This document shows, one piece after another, positions 37,335 through 50,001 of a stretch of 64,000 nt of DNA. The notes beneath the pieces are model-generated. The model searched no databases and was not told the origin of the DNA. It was given only the letters and a program-made list of their open reading frames with translations. Made by a program: the position numbers and the translations under genes. Every line of letters begins with the position of its first letter. Positions within the stretch are counted from its first letter, which is position 1. Source of the stretch: Felis catus. Its lineage: Eukaryota. The stretch is from NCBI RefSeq assembly GCF_018350175.1, contig NC_058368.1:130202001-130266000 (forward strand), written 5' to 3'.

Positions 37335-40300
37335 CACCCCACAGTTGTTTTTTTCCAAACAGACTGCCTGCAAACTACTTCTTTAATATAGAATCCTCCT
37401 TAACACAGAAATGTGGCTAGTGGCTCTGGAAATCATTTCAAATGCCTGAGGATTTTTTTTTTTATTGATAAGGCCATACATTACTCGTATTATATTCAGA
37501 CTTGCCCAAGGATTTTCTCCATTTGGAAACTCACTGGAGCATCCAATGGTGGATCAGTTAGTAAAGGGAGCTGGCACTGGTGTTTCCCACACTCTGGACC
37601 ATTATTTCCTCAAGCCCATACATGGTGGCACTTATGTCATATGTGTGAAGAGCCTAGGCTGTTTCAATGAGAAGATATGCTGATTCACTCCTAGTGAAAT
37701 GTCATTTTGATTCTTTGCTACCTTTCATGGAGAATATTTGTAGAAGTGACTTTTCAGCACAGAAGGTGTGAAGGGAAACGGAAGTAGCTGATAGAAGACA
37801 ATTTATTCCCAGCATATATTTAGTAGCTTACTCTCTAGCTGTACTGATGAAAGACAGCAAAATATGCAGAACCACAGGGGAAGAGTAAATCTGTGAAGAG
37901 GCAGAGAGTACTAGATGAGACACTGCATTTGGGTGAAACTTCATATTTTTCCTACTTACAGCTTAGATTTAATTATTGTCAATGGATAGATTTATCTTTA
38001 TTTAATTTTTTAAAAAGTTAGTATAAATTTTTAAATTACACTGTATAGCATAATTTTCTGGGACAAGCAAATAAAATGTTTGGGGATAGGACTTTTGCCC
38101 TGAAAACCTCTCTGAAAATCTTTATGGGCATTTTTAATTAACGCCAAGGCATCAGCCAGATGTAAATCCTCTAGTGGAGATAAGCTATAGGCAGGGGTCC
38201 TCTTTGCCTGCTTCAGAGAGTTGGGCTGTGACAGCATGATGTGTTCTCAGGAAAATCGTGAAGTGGGCAGAGATAGTCCCTGGTGTCTCTTCAATACCCA
38301 GGCACCTTGATGACAACCCTCTTCCTAATGTTTTTGTGATTCCTGTCCTCTTCACACTTGGGCTTGTCAGATATATTAGCAGTTCATCTCCAGTCTTTTC
38401 ATGAAGGTCTCTCTACTTTGTAAAGAGACTTCAGAACGTCATGGATCATTAATGCAGGATATTTTTATTGCTTAATGATACTCTTTAATACTCCAGAAAT
38501 CCTATGAGGCAGGCAAGTTTCTAGGTAAGTTAAGGTAGGTTCAGGGGACAGTTCTTCATCTCTTACCTTTCCAATTCTCTACTGTGCCACTCTTTCAACT
38601 GCTAATCTCTCTATACTTGGCTTATTCCACCCACCAGTCCTCCTGCCTAGCATTCTCCTCCAGTTAGGGTTTATGCTAGAAAAACATGTAAGGATGGTGA
38701 AATTTGTCCCTTTGGGATGTATTTGACAAAACTCTTTGGGTTCAAAGTGATTGAAAGTACTTAAACTAAAATTACTTTAAAAAAAACCCACGATTTATTG
38801 GTTCATTTAACCAGAAGGTCCAAAGGATGAAGGCAAAGCTGAAGGCATCCAGAGTTTCAAATAATGAGGTCAGGTTCCTATTGTGCTATGTTCAGATTTG
38901 GGCACTGCACAGCACAGTTCTCAAGCACAGCTTGCAATCCCAGCATGGGAGAGGCTCCTTCTTTCCTTCCCAGGATCTGTACCCCAAAAGATCTGGTGAT
39001 CCAGGGTGATAGAATATAGTGGTTAACCAGTTTGGGTTGACTTCTGTAGCAGGGGGAGGGAAGATTCTGATGACATTTCTTCCCAAATCACATACAATGT
39101 TACATTCCCCCAGGGAAAGAAATTCAGAGCCAACCAGGTAATGACGATGCTTCTCCTCTGCCCTTCCCACATGTTGTGTAAGGTCCACCCTGCTGACGGG
39201 GGATGGGGGGGTAGTTTCTACTCATCAGGTTGTGTTTCTTTCACCCCCGCACAGTGGTTCTTCTCCACCCAGCAGCCCAACTTCTCCTGCAGAGAGCAAG
39301 GATGGATAGATGTTTCAGGGAAGTAAATTTTCCCTAAGAATAAGGAAGAACTTTTAACTAAGAAGAGTCAAAGGATGAATTGTCTTGAAAGCAGTAGCTT
39401 CCGTGTCACAGGTTTTTAAACAAGGGTCTGTTGTCCACACGTAGAGTATTTTTAGAGAAGATTTGCATGGTCACTTGAGTAGCTAGCACAAATGGCCACC
39501 ACTTCTGACTGTGGGCAGAAGTGCTTTCCTGCTCATGCCCATGCGTTCAAATACAGTCCAGATGACAATGCCCTGGCTGAACAGGTTTGGAGTGCAAGCT
39601 TTCAGGGAGGCATGTAGATCCTGTCATACATTTTTCTCATTAAATTCTCAACTGCTGCCTCTTAAAAGATTCTTTAGATGCTCTTTTTCTTCCCTCCAGT
39701 TTTATTGGGATACAGTTGGCATAACCTTGTGAATATTGGTATTTCTCCTATAATTTTTTTTGTATATACATAAAAGACTAAATATTTTTGAGTTTTATAC
39801 GTTTAAATTTTTTTTCTCCCCTTAAAAGAGATTTCCATCTGTTTATATAGCCTTCATAATTTCGTTAGGTTTACTCATTTCTTTAGTATGTAAAAGCCTA
39901 ATCCACGTATTTTCTGATCTATTCTAATATTTCTTGGGGATGCATTTTCATCTTCACATGAATGTCATCAGAAAATTGTTAATGATTTTTACCAAGTTGT
40001 AGATAGCCTCTACTTATTTTCCAAAACTTAAAACTGAAACATTTGAAATACAGATTTTTGCATTGTATATTTCATTCATCATGTGAGATGATTTTTGCAA
40101 ATGGCTGTATTGAATGCATGATTTGTAATAAAGAAACTACATATTTGAGAATTTGGCTTTCCTCCAATAATAAAACCTTGTATGCTCTGAGTTGTATTAA
40201 GTCCATAGAGACTTAGAGCCTGCAGACTGGATACAGACACTTGGATTCATAGCCAATGCTCAACCTGGATGTGGCTTAGGACTGTTAACAGCTATTTTAT

Positions 40301-40926
40301 GTGTCAGTTTCCAACTCTGTAAAATACTGGCAATAAAAGTGCCTACCTTTTAGGACTGTGATGAGTTTCAAAAGAGATAATGCAGGCAAAGTCCTTGGCA
40401 CAACACCTAGCTCATAGTGACATCCTAACAAACTCTTAGCTGTCATAATATAGCTTTCTATGTAGTAACTTCCACAGATGTGAACGCAGCTGTGTGCCAG
40501 GGAAATAGCTCTGTCTCTTCTCAACAAATAGCAAGTTTGGTTGTTTGTGGTCATTGATCATTTGCTCTTTGAACTTTATTTCGAGGTGAGTTCAAACCTT
40601 AACTCTTTCGTGTCCAAGAAGTGCAACACTTTAATTAGAGTGTTAAAAACCCTGGCATTAATGTTAGGATTATGACAGAAACTAAAAACATTAAAATAAA
40701 ATAACTAAAATAGTTAGTAAGATAATTTTTAGAAATAAAAATATGATAAAAAGTGATGCACATTGTAGGTGCCTGTGATTCAAGCCACATGGAAAAAATG
40801 CCAAGTCCTTTAGAAAGAGACAAAGACAAGTGATCAAGTAGCTATAAAAAATTGTGTATGGCTAGATTAATGAAAACTGGAAGCTAGGACTCATCTTGAG
40901 GCAGTGTTTAAAAAACAGTTGCATCT

Positions 40927-41154
40927 AGGGGCGCCTGGGTAGCTCAGTCTGTTAAGCATCTGACTTTGGCTCAGGTCATGATCTCACGGTTCGTGAGTTT
41001 AAACCCTGCATGGGGCTCTGTGCTGTCAGCTCAGAGCCTGGAGCCTGCTTCAGATTCTGTGTCTCCCTGTCTCTGTGTTCCTCCCCTGCTTGTTCTCTGT
41101 CTCTCTCTGTCAAAAATGAATAAACATTAAAAACATTAAAAAATATAACAAAAC
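40927..41154 (+). mobile_element. Felid Can-SINE
   Basis: GGGGCGCCTGGGTAGCTCAGTC...; TSD aaaaa(c)cagttgcatct. Confidence 0.95.
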
Positions 41155-42002
41155 AAAAACCAGTTGCATCTGAGTGGGTGTGGAGGGGCTGCCTATTTCG
41201 TTATAGGACTAGGGCTGAGGGCTCAAGAGATTGCTAGCATAGTAGCCCCCCACTGTTGGTCAGGTGGTGGGGGCTCTGAGACTGTGAGAACTTAAAACAG
41301 GACAAGGAAGAGCTGCTGGTGGAAAGTTGGTGTGTGTACTCAAAAGGGCTCATTAGGTTAAAGTCCCTTCTGTTCTATACCCCTTTAGACTAATAGGGGT
41401 CAACTGGGGTTAATGAGTCTGCCCATCAAAGATGCCAAGGAGTTCCCTTCAAATCTGCCTCTGTAGGCTTTTAATGTGGATGAAAGTGGTAAATTTGGGG
41501 GGAAAAACCTGGCAACAGATTATATAACCTGAAGGATAAGTAGGTTGTGACTGGCTTTAGTGCTTCAAAGGACTAATTTGTGCTCTTATGTTGAGGAAAT
41601 GGATTTGGAAACTGAAAACTTAAACCCCTCTTATCTTGAAGTTACAAATCTATAGATTTAATTAGAACAGTGTTTAAGAAGCTAATCTATTTCAAACGAG
41701 AGAAGCTTCTATGTGATCCAAATGGTCTTATTCAGGCAACAGCCTTTGGAATTCTTTCTATATAATTGGAGGTGACACAGGAAATATAATTTGAAACGCC
41801 ACAGAATTCAAACTTTCTTGCTTGGTCATAGGATGTGAAATAAAAAATGCCATGCTAGGGGAAAAAATGTCATTCTAGAATAATTTCCATGGCCCTTTGC
41901 TGCAAAATAATCCTAATACAACATATTTTGCACCATTTTATTTTGTTCTTTCCATTTGTTAAAATGTTTTCTTTTGTGTTATGAAATAAATGAAACAGCA
42001 TT

Positions 42003-42101
42003 TTTTATAAATATTTTTTAATTTTTTTAAAGTTTATTCATTTTGAGAGAGACAGAGAGCATGCATGAGTGAGGAAGGGGCACACACACACATACACACA
42101 C

Positions 42102-42150
<49 letters not shown>

Positions 42151-42272
42151 CAAGCAGGCTCTATGCTGCCAGCACAGAGCCTGATGCAGGGCCTGCAACC
42201 CACAAACCTTGAGATCATGACCTGAGCTGAGAATAGAGACAGATGCTTAACTGACTGTGTTACTCAGGTGCA
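42003..42272 (-). mobile_element. Can-SINE with expanded (CA)n(GA)n tract
   Basis: CCCAAGCAGGCTC...GAGATCATGACCTGAGCTGAG; degenerate TSD atga(a/g)a(c/t)agcat. Confidence 0.92.
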
Positions 42273-42639
42273 GCATGAGATAGCATCAAGTCGCCCATGT
42301 GTCACATGTATGACCAATTAACATAATTTTTTCTTTTAGATGGTTTATAGTTTCTTCACGAGTGCAGTAAGATTGCAGCATATAAAGCACACTCAGTGAA
42401 TAGTTCACCATGATGGGGAAAGGCACATGAGTCATGGTACAACATTTCAATTTCCATTTTCTTTTTTTAGGAAATATACCTTCAAGCGTTTTAGAGCATT
42501 TTAGATAATTGTATAATGCAGATACAAAATCAGATGAAGCAGACAAGTTAAAGGATAATGCTTTACTTTGCATGTTACAGTAAAAATTCAACAGAATTGA
42601 TCACTAATCTGAAAGTTAAACATCACAGTCATTTTATGG

Positions 42640-42830
42640 TAGCGATTGGAATGACTAAAAACTGAACTCTCCCCAAAAGGATGTGACATCACTTAAGAGA
42701 AGTAAACTAATAGTGCAGTATAAATATGCAATATGAAATTTCCGCTGTCCTAACTTTCCTTGCTGATGCGGGTCTTTTTGAACCAATGACCTCCCCCTCC
42801 CCCACACCCTACCCCACCCCCCCTTTCTTT
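42640..42830 (+). promoter_or_regulatory. Putative alternative promoter
   Basis: ATTGG 42645, TATAAATA 42719, CCAAT 42783, Sp/KLF-type C-runs 42793-42823; followed by GC-richer unique sequence ending in a splice donor. Confidence 0.35.
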
Positions 42831-43277
42831 TCTGGGACTTGCTATGGTGGCTCACTTTTCCTGAGCTCAGGGGTGGCCCCTGCCATTTCTTGCCTTCCTT
42901 TGGTGCTCGCTTCAGGCCTGCTGCTCAGGTGTCTGCTGTTGATTAAGCTGCCAGAAGAGCCCACAGGGGAGCTGTTTTCTCCTGGGAATCACCGTCCACA
43001 CAGGGGGTGCTTGTATCTGCCAGATGCTGCTGCTCTTTTGCTCAGTGCCGTAGTGCCCCATGGGTACCACACTGTCGTGTTCCTGGAGCCCTACACTTAG
43101 TTCTGTGCAGAAATGAGGAGCATCCTTCGTATTGGTACCGGTGCCATCAGAGTTTGCTTCCAATGTCCTATAGGAACAACACTGTCAGCACTATCACCCG
43201 GACAGCCCTGTATGTCCACTCGTCCCCAATAGGCGTGTCACTTATTCAGGCAGTTTCTCCTGATCTCTTCCCTATAG

Positions 43278-43343
43278 ACTGCCACTTGTAATATTCTTCT
43301 GACCGAGAGTGTTCGACACAGGGTGAATACAAGACAACTCAAG
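43278..43343 (+). other. Candidate exon (66 nt internal, or 3' end of a longer first exon from ~42850)
   Basis: acceptor TTTCTCCTGATCTCTTCCCTATAG|, donor AAG|GTTTGT; only phase 0 is open (TATCNILLTESVRHRVNTRQLK). Confidence 0.45.
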
Positions 43344-43535
43344 GTTTGTTTGTTTATGTATGTATGTATGTATTTTTAGGACCAAAGGCACCAGGAAGAG
43401 AATGTCCATCTTTCGGGTTCTTCGTTTGTAAAATGTGATTGATTTTCAAATTGGATTCCCTTTGTAAGCAGAAGTCTGAAAATTCTTACGGAAAAATTTC
43501 ATATTCTAACTGTTAGCTAGAATATAACCCAATTT

Positions 43536-43759
43536 GGGGCGCCTGGGTGGCGCAGTCGGTTAAGCGTCCGACTTCAGCCAGGTCACGATCTCGCGGTCGG
43601 TGAGTTCAAGCCCCGCGTCAGGCTCTGGGCTGATGGCTCAGAGCCTGGAGCCTGTTTCCGATTCTGTGTCTCCCTCTCTCTCTGCCCCTCCCCCGTTCAT
43701 GCTCTGTCTCTCTCTGTCCCAAAAATAAATAAACGTTGAAAAAAAATTTTTTTTAAAAA
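43536..43759 (+). mobile_element. Young felid SINEC_Fc
   Basis: CpG-rich near-consensus GGGGCGCCTGGGTGGCGCAGTCGGTTAAGCGTCCGAC; TSD aata(t/c)aacccaatt. Confidence 0.97.
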
Positions 43760-43964
43760 AATACAACCCAATTATTGTTAATTCTAAATCAACAAAGTTC
43801 AGATTAGTGAGATTTCCCTATTCTTTTGGGAAATCGGGCCATTAATTCTTACCTCACTTTTTTGTCTTGAGGGTTTAGTAAGCCTGTGTTAAAGTCCCTT
43901 AGTGTCGGAGTGCCTGGTCCTCTTTATGAAAGTCACTGATGTAATGCCAAGACACACGGGTGGT

Positions 43965-44185
43965 CAGCGGCCGTGTAGCCAAGAGGCTGAGAGCCCCGTC
44001 TTTGGAGCAGACAGTTGTGTTTGAATCCTGCTTCTTTATGTCATATCTTTGTGTCCTGGAATAACTGAACCTCTTTGCTTCAGTTTTCAAAGTGTAAGTG
44101 GGAAAAATTATAACAGTAACTCCCTCATCAGGAGCTTAAAACAGTCCTTGGATTATAGCAGTTCCTCAATAAGTGTTAGCTACTA
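43965..44185 (+). mobile_element. MIR SINE
   Basis: TTTGGAGCAGAC...TTTGAATCCTG...AACCTCTTTGCTTCAGTTTTC...CTCAATAAGTGTTAGCTA. Confidence 0.75.
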
Positions 44186-44277
44186 TTGCTAGTAGATGGC
44201 AGTCTGTTTATTTTCTGTTACAGAGGGAATTTCCCATTTGGTAGCAAAACTCTGGGAAATACTGAAATGATTGAGAT

Positions 44278-44448
44278 CAGTGGTTTTCAGACTTCAGCCT
44301 TCATCAGAATCATCTGGAAGGCTTTTTACAACCTCACCCTCAGAGTTTCTGATTCAGTAGTTCTGGGGGAGGGTAGAGGGGATGTCCTGCAGACCTGCAT
44401 TTCTAACGAGTTTCTCGCTAATGTTACTGTTGCTGGTCAGGGCCACAC
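44278..44448. mobile_element. MER5A hAT-Charlie remnant
   Basis: CAGTGGTTTTCA...CATCAGAATCATCTGGA...CAGAGTTTCTGATTCAGTAG...CTGCATTTCTAAC. Confidence 0.85.
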
Positions 44449-46671
44449 CTGTATGTTTTTCAGGCAGCACCTGAGATCAGACAGGAGTGGAGATGGACAC
44501 GGTTGTCAGTGGGGCTCTGTCTATTGTTCTGGAACCCAGAGCAGGCTGCTGTGTCATGTGGAGGGACGGTAGGGCAAATGTAGAACAGCTGCATGAGCTG
44601 GAAGGAGGGTGTGGCACAGCTCAGTGCCCGCTGACTTTGAGGTAAGGATGTGGGATTCTAATAGCTACCAAATAAATGCAACAAGCAGCTGAGTGAGCAG
44701 GTTGGACTCATCCGTGCCTGAAATTGAGCACAGCCAGGAAGACAAAGTCTGATCAGCAACATCTTTCTTTTTAATTATTTTTTATCTGATTTCCCCCCCC
44801 ATATTTACCCCCTGAAAATAGGATGTGTCTGACAATAAAATGTAGTGATTTTCACCTCAGAAGCATAATTGTAATGATAATGGCTTCTTAAAATTATTCT
44901 TATCTTGGAATCAAAGAAATAATAAACCTCCTTAGGACAGATTTAATCCTTTAGGTTTGATTTCATTTATAGAACCTCTTCCTGGATCCCTTTGATTTTC
45001 TTCCCTCTCTTTCATTTGATTACCATTCACCTGTGCGTTAGAGAATGGCACTACCTTTCTTGACAATGGATTTTCCTTAGTTTGGGGCAGGAACGTGTCT
45101 CTAAATGCTTCAAGGTTGAATTGACCCTGGCTTTCCTTATTTAATGCCACTTAAAGTCACAAAGGTAACAAGATAAGAAAAGTTTGTACAACTCTGGAGC
45201 AATTTCTTAGGACTGAAGCATGAAGCAGAAGTATCATCATGTCTTTTCATCTCAGTATTAATGTTGCAGTGTTGAAAAGAATAAAGGCTTTCTGGGGTTT
45301 CTAAATTGAATAAATATGAGAAGCAGAGAGGAAAAATGTATTTATGCCACTCCAAGCGTCATTTATACAAATGATCTCGTACACATGAGAAATGATTTTA
45401 GATCAACAGATAGCATATTTACATGGGTAGGTTTCTTAGCCTCCTGGCAATATATATGATAAGTATCTTTTAATATTGAGGAACGTCAGATATCTGCTCT
45501 GGGTGGCACAAGGTTCCTCTGCTCATTTTTCCTCCTTGCTTTTAATATCAGATGCCTCTGAAGGAACAGAAACACAAGCATTAATACACAAAGGAAAAAA
45601 CAGTGCACGACTTGGAGCCATTTATTGAATTTGATGACATCAATGCAGCAAAAGATGACTTGAGCAAATGTTAGTGAAATAGAAGCTTTTTTTTTTTTGC
45701 ATTATGATAAAACGTTCAGCAACCTTATCTATGTGTCATCTATGTATCCATCTGTCTGTCTGTCTAAACATGTGCCAAAATTTATGTGTTATTTCATCTC
45801 ACCTTTTGCAGTAGTAGTAAGATGCTGTGATAGAAATAGACCCCATCCCCCATGCATTAGAAAACAATGAACTATATTTATCCTTTTCAGAGTTGTAAAA
45901 ATAGTATTGTTTTGTTTTCTGTTGGAGGGGGTTCTTTTCAATATAGTTAGATATCTTAGAATGTGGTAAGATATTTTTTAATGATGTTGAAGTGAAATAT
46001 GTGTTGTTGGCATTATCAAAAAATGCAGAGATCGCCAAACGTGGTCGCTTAGTGCCTCATTAATACTATTGGAAATGACTTTGAAAACACAAAAGGTTCT
46101 GTGTAAGTAAATGTGAAATGGCAATATAAAGTTGGCATGGAAGTTTCATAATTGAAATTTGGAAGGCTTTGTTGATGTTTCTGCCATGTGTCCTGAAATT
46201 TCTTGCTGGGTTTCCTGCTGTTTCTAAAGTATGTCCTGAGATTTCATGGTGTATTTCTCCGGTTACATGGCAAGTTGGGATAAATCTCTCTGACCTTGTT
46301 GGGTCAGACCATTAGGCAAACAATCAACATCCAAATTACTTTTTCAGATCTATCTCCTTATCATTTATGAACTACGCTCAGCTAGTGATAGACATATAAA
46401 AACAGCAGCTTGAAAGTTTTTCTTTTCTTTTCTTTTTTTTTTTATGTAACACTAAGTCTGAAATAAGTAGTTGTTGGTGTTGGTTTACTGACTCATGAAT
46501 TTCCTGGCCAAAGTCTCTGTAGTTCTTTTGTTCTTTCTCTCATAGTCCCAAGCTGGCTGCTGAAGCTTCAGCTATTGTGTCTGCTTTCCTATTAAGCTGG
46601 AAGGAGGAAGGGCATAGTGGTAAAAGTAATTTTTCAGAAGGTCCCCTGAAAACTTTTGCTTTTTAAATTGT

Positions 46672-46881
46672 GAAATGTTTATTTTTGAGAGAGAGAGAGC
46701 ATGAGCGAATGAGCAAGAGCTAGCCAGGGAGGGGCAGAGAGAGAAGATGCAGAATCTGAAGCAGGCTGCAGGCTCTGAGCTGTCAGCACAGAGCCTGACA
46801 CAGGGCTTAAACTCATGAACAGTGATATCATGACCTGAACCGAAGTCAGATGCTCAACCGACTGAGCCACCCAGGCACCCC
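46672..46881 (-). mobile_element. Felid Can-SINE
   Basis: GAATCTGAAGCAGGCTGCAGGCTCTGAGCTGTCAGCACAGAGCC...CTGAGCCACCCAGGCACCCC. Confidence 0.95.
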
Positions 46882-47004
46882 ATACACAATTATTCTTAGC
46901 CATCGGTTGGGGGCTGTTACCTGGCTGTATTAACCAGTTAGCTCTTCTGATCTGCCACGCCCTTGCAGATCAGCCTTTACCAACTTCTTAGAAAGCCCTC
47001 AAAT

Positions 47005-47213
47005 GGGCGCCTGGGTACCTCAGTTGATTGAGTGTCCAACTTAGGCTCAGGACATGATCTCGCAGTTTGTGGGTTCAAAGCCCTAATCAAGCTCTGTGCT
47101 GACAGCTCAGGGCCTGGAGCCTGCTTTGGATTCTGTGTCTCCCTCTCTCTCTGCTCCTCCTCTGCTCCTCCTCTGTCTCTCTCTCAAAATTAAATAAACA
47201 TTAAAAAAAAAAA
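47005..47213 (+). mobile_element. Felid Can-SINE
   Basis: GGGCGCCTGGGTACCTCAG...(CT)n...A tail; degenerate TSD gaaagccctcaaat/gaaaagtcctgaat. Confidence 0.95.
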
Positions 47214-47783
47214 GAAAAGTCCTGAATCTAAGAAACTCAGATTCTGGCAGTGGAAAGTCATCCAGTGGTAAAGCCCAAGAGGTGTGGACATTTAAAGCAT
47301 TTGCTACACCACCATACTTGTGAATGTGTTTCTCCTTATTTCTCTTGTTCTGAGGAACACACAGGATAACCCTAGGAAGAGTTACTTCCTTGATATGTTA
47401 GTTTATACTGGTGCATGACAAATAGCCATGAGCTTTGTGGCTTAAAACTACTCATTTATTAGCTAACAGTCCTATAGGGTTTTTAAAAAATATATATTTT
47501 TTCCAGTTTTATTGAGAAATAATTGATATACATCACTGTATAAATTTACGGTGTACAGCATTATGGTTTGGTTACATATATTGGGAAATTACCAAAATAG
47601 TGTCAGTTACCATCCATCTTCTCATATAGATACAATAATAAAAATAAACAAGAGTAAAAAGGAAAGACAGATTTTCTCCTTGTGATAGGAGCTCTTAAGA
47701 TTTAGTCTCTTAACAACTTTCATATATATCATACATGAGTGTTAGCTGCAGTCACTGTGTTCTATGTTACATCCTTAGTACTT

Positions 47784-47988
47784 TTTTAAAAAATGTTTAT
47801 TGTTGAGAGAGAGAGAGAGAGAGAGAGCAAGCAAGCGAGCACACAAGTGGGGGCTGGGTGGGGGGAGGTTTGTAAAGAGGATCCAAAGTTGGATTTGTGT
47901 TGACAATGTGGGCTTCAGTTCACGAACCATGACATCATGACCTGAGCCAAAGTCAGATACTTAGCTGCCTGAGCCACCCAGGCTCCCC
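47784..47988 (-). mobile_element. Can-SINE nested in L1
   Basis: TSD acatcc(t/c)tagtactt at 47769-47783 and 47989-48003. Confidence 0.9.
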
Positions 47989-49704
47989 ACATCCCTAGTA
48001 CTTCTTTACTTTGTAAGTGGAAATTGGAGGTTTTACCCACCTTCTTCCAATTCTCCCACCCTTCCCCCCTGCCTTTGATAAACACAAGTCTGTTCTCTTT
48101 TCCTATGAGTTTGTTTTGTTTTGTTTGTTTAGATCCCACATAAAAGTGAGATCATACAGTATTTGTCTTTCTCGACTATTTCATTTGGCATAATGCCTTC
48201 AAAGTCCATCTGTGTAGTCACAAACGGTAGGATTTCCTTGTTTTTTGTTTTTTGAGTGGCTGAAATCTATTTTCTATGTATATACCAGAAATTTTTTATC
48301 CACTTACCCATCAGTGGACATTTAGGTTGTTTCTATGTGTTGGCTATTGCAAATAATGCTACTATGAACATTGGAGTACAGGTACCTTTTTCATTTAGTG
48401 TTTTCATTTCTTTTGGATGTATTCTCAGAAGTGACATTACTAGATCATGTGGTAGTTCTTGTGGAAAGTTTTTGAGCGTCTCCCATACTGTTTTCCATAG
48501 TTGCTGTCCCAGTGTACATTCCCACCAACAGTGCACAAGGGTTTCCTTGCCTTCACATCCAGCATTTGTCATCTATTGTCTTTATGATGATGGCCATTCT
48601 AACAAGCAAGAAATAACTCATTGTGGTATTAATTTGCATTTACCTCCTGACTACTGATGTTGAATATCCTTTCATTTACATGTTGGCCTTTTGCATATCT
48701 TCTTGGGAGAAATGTCTGTTCAAACCTTTTGCCCATTTTTTAATTGGTTTATTTTTTTTTTTCCTATTGAGTTGTATGAATTCTTCATGTACTTTGCTTA
48801 TTAACCTTTACCAGGTGTGTAGCTTGTGTGTATTTTTTCCTCATTTTTCAGATTGTCTTTCCACTTCGTTGATAATTTCTCTTGCTGGGCAGAAGCTTCT
48901 CAGTTTGATATAGTCTCACTGGTTTATTATGGATTTTGTTGCTTGTGTTTTAGGTGTCATGTCTAAAAAATTATTACCAAGAATCAAGTCAAGGAGCTTA
49001 TTCCTATGTTTTCTTCTAGGAGTTTCATGGTTTCATGACTTCACTTTTAAGTCTTTAATCCATTTCAAGTTAATTTTTGTGAGTGATGTAAGTTTATGGG
49101 TTTATTTTCCTTTTTTTTTACATTTGAATGTACACTTAAACCAGGACCGTTTATTAAAGAGACTGTCTTTTCTCCCTTGATTATTGGCTTCCTTGTCAAG
49201 TATTAACTGACTGTTTATGCTTGGGTTTATTGCTGGGCTCTCAGTTCTGTTTTTCTGGTCTGTACTTCTGCTTTTATTCCAAAACTGTACTGTTTTGATG
49301 TCTATAGGTTTATAATATAACTTGAAAAAATAAAGTGTGGTGCCTTCTGTTTTTTTTTTCCCCCTCAGGATTTATTTGGCTATTCAAAAACTTGTGGCTC
49401 CATATAAACTTCAGGAGTGTTTTCTTAATTTATGTAAAAAAAAAATCCATTGGAATCTTGATAGGGATTACAGTGAATCTATAGATAACTTTTGGTAGTA
49501 TTGACATTTGAACAATATAATCCTTCTAATCTATGAACATGAGAAACTCTTCACTTTTTTCTGTGTTCTTCAATTTCTTTCATCAATGTCTTATAATTTT
49601 CAGAGTAGAGATCTTTCACATACTTAGTAAATTTATTTCTAAGTATTTTATTGTGTTGATGCTATTTTGTAAATGTCATGTATTTCTTTCTCTTATTTCT
49701 TTAA

Positions 49705-49727
49705 TTTTTAATTTTTTTAAGGTTTGT

Positions 49728-49778
<51 letters not shown>

Positions 49779-49779
49779 T

Positions 49780-49817
<38 letters not shown>

Positions 49818-49830
49818 GAGGGGGGGAGGA

Positions 49831-49870
<40 letters not shown>

Positions 49871-50001
49871 AGTGAATCCCAAGCAGACTCTGTGCTCTTA
49901 GTGTGGAGCCCAATGCGGAGCTCAGTCTCACAAACAGTGAGATCATTACCTGAGACAAAATCAAGAGATGGATGCTTAACTGGTTGTGCCACCCAGGCAC
50001 C
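49705..50001 (-). mobile_element. Can-SINE nested in L1, with (TTTA)n and (GA)n expansions
   Basis: GAATCCCAAGCAGACTC...GCCACCCAGGCACC. Confidence 0.92.

Noticed and set aside
40478..40585. Possible 108-nt exon (CCACAG| ... GAG|GTGAGT)
   Set aside because: Weak pyrimidine tract and no other support; likely a pseudo-exon.
42726..43291. Overlapping ORFs of 83-124 aa as a protein-coding exon or processed pseudogene
   Set aside because: No recognisable protein similarity, poly(A) tail or TSD; higher GC content can explain the ORF density.
43536..43620. tRNA-like A/B box sequences
   Set aside because: These are Can-SINE heads, not tRNA genes.
44464..44641. Possible 178-nt exon (TTTTTCAG| ... 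GAG|GTAAGG)
   Set aside because: Short pyrimidine tract next to MER5A and no independent support.
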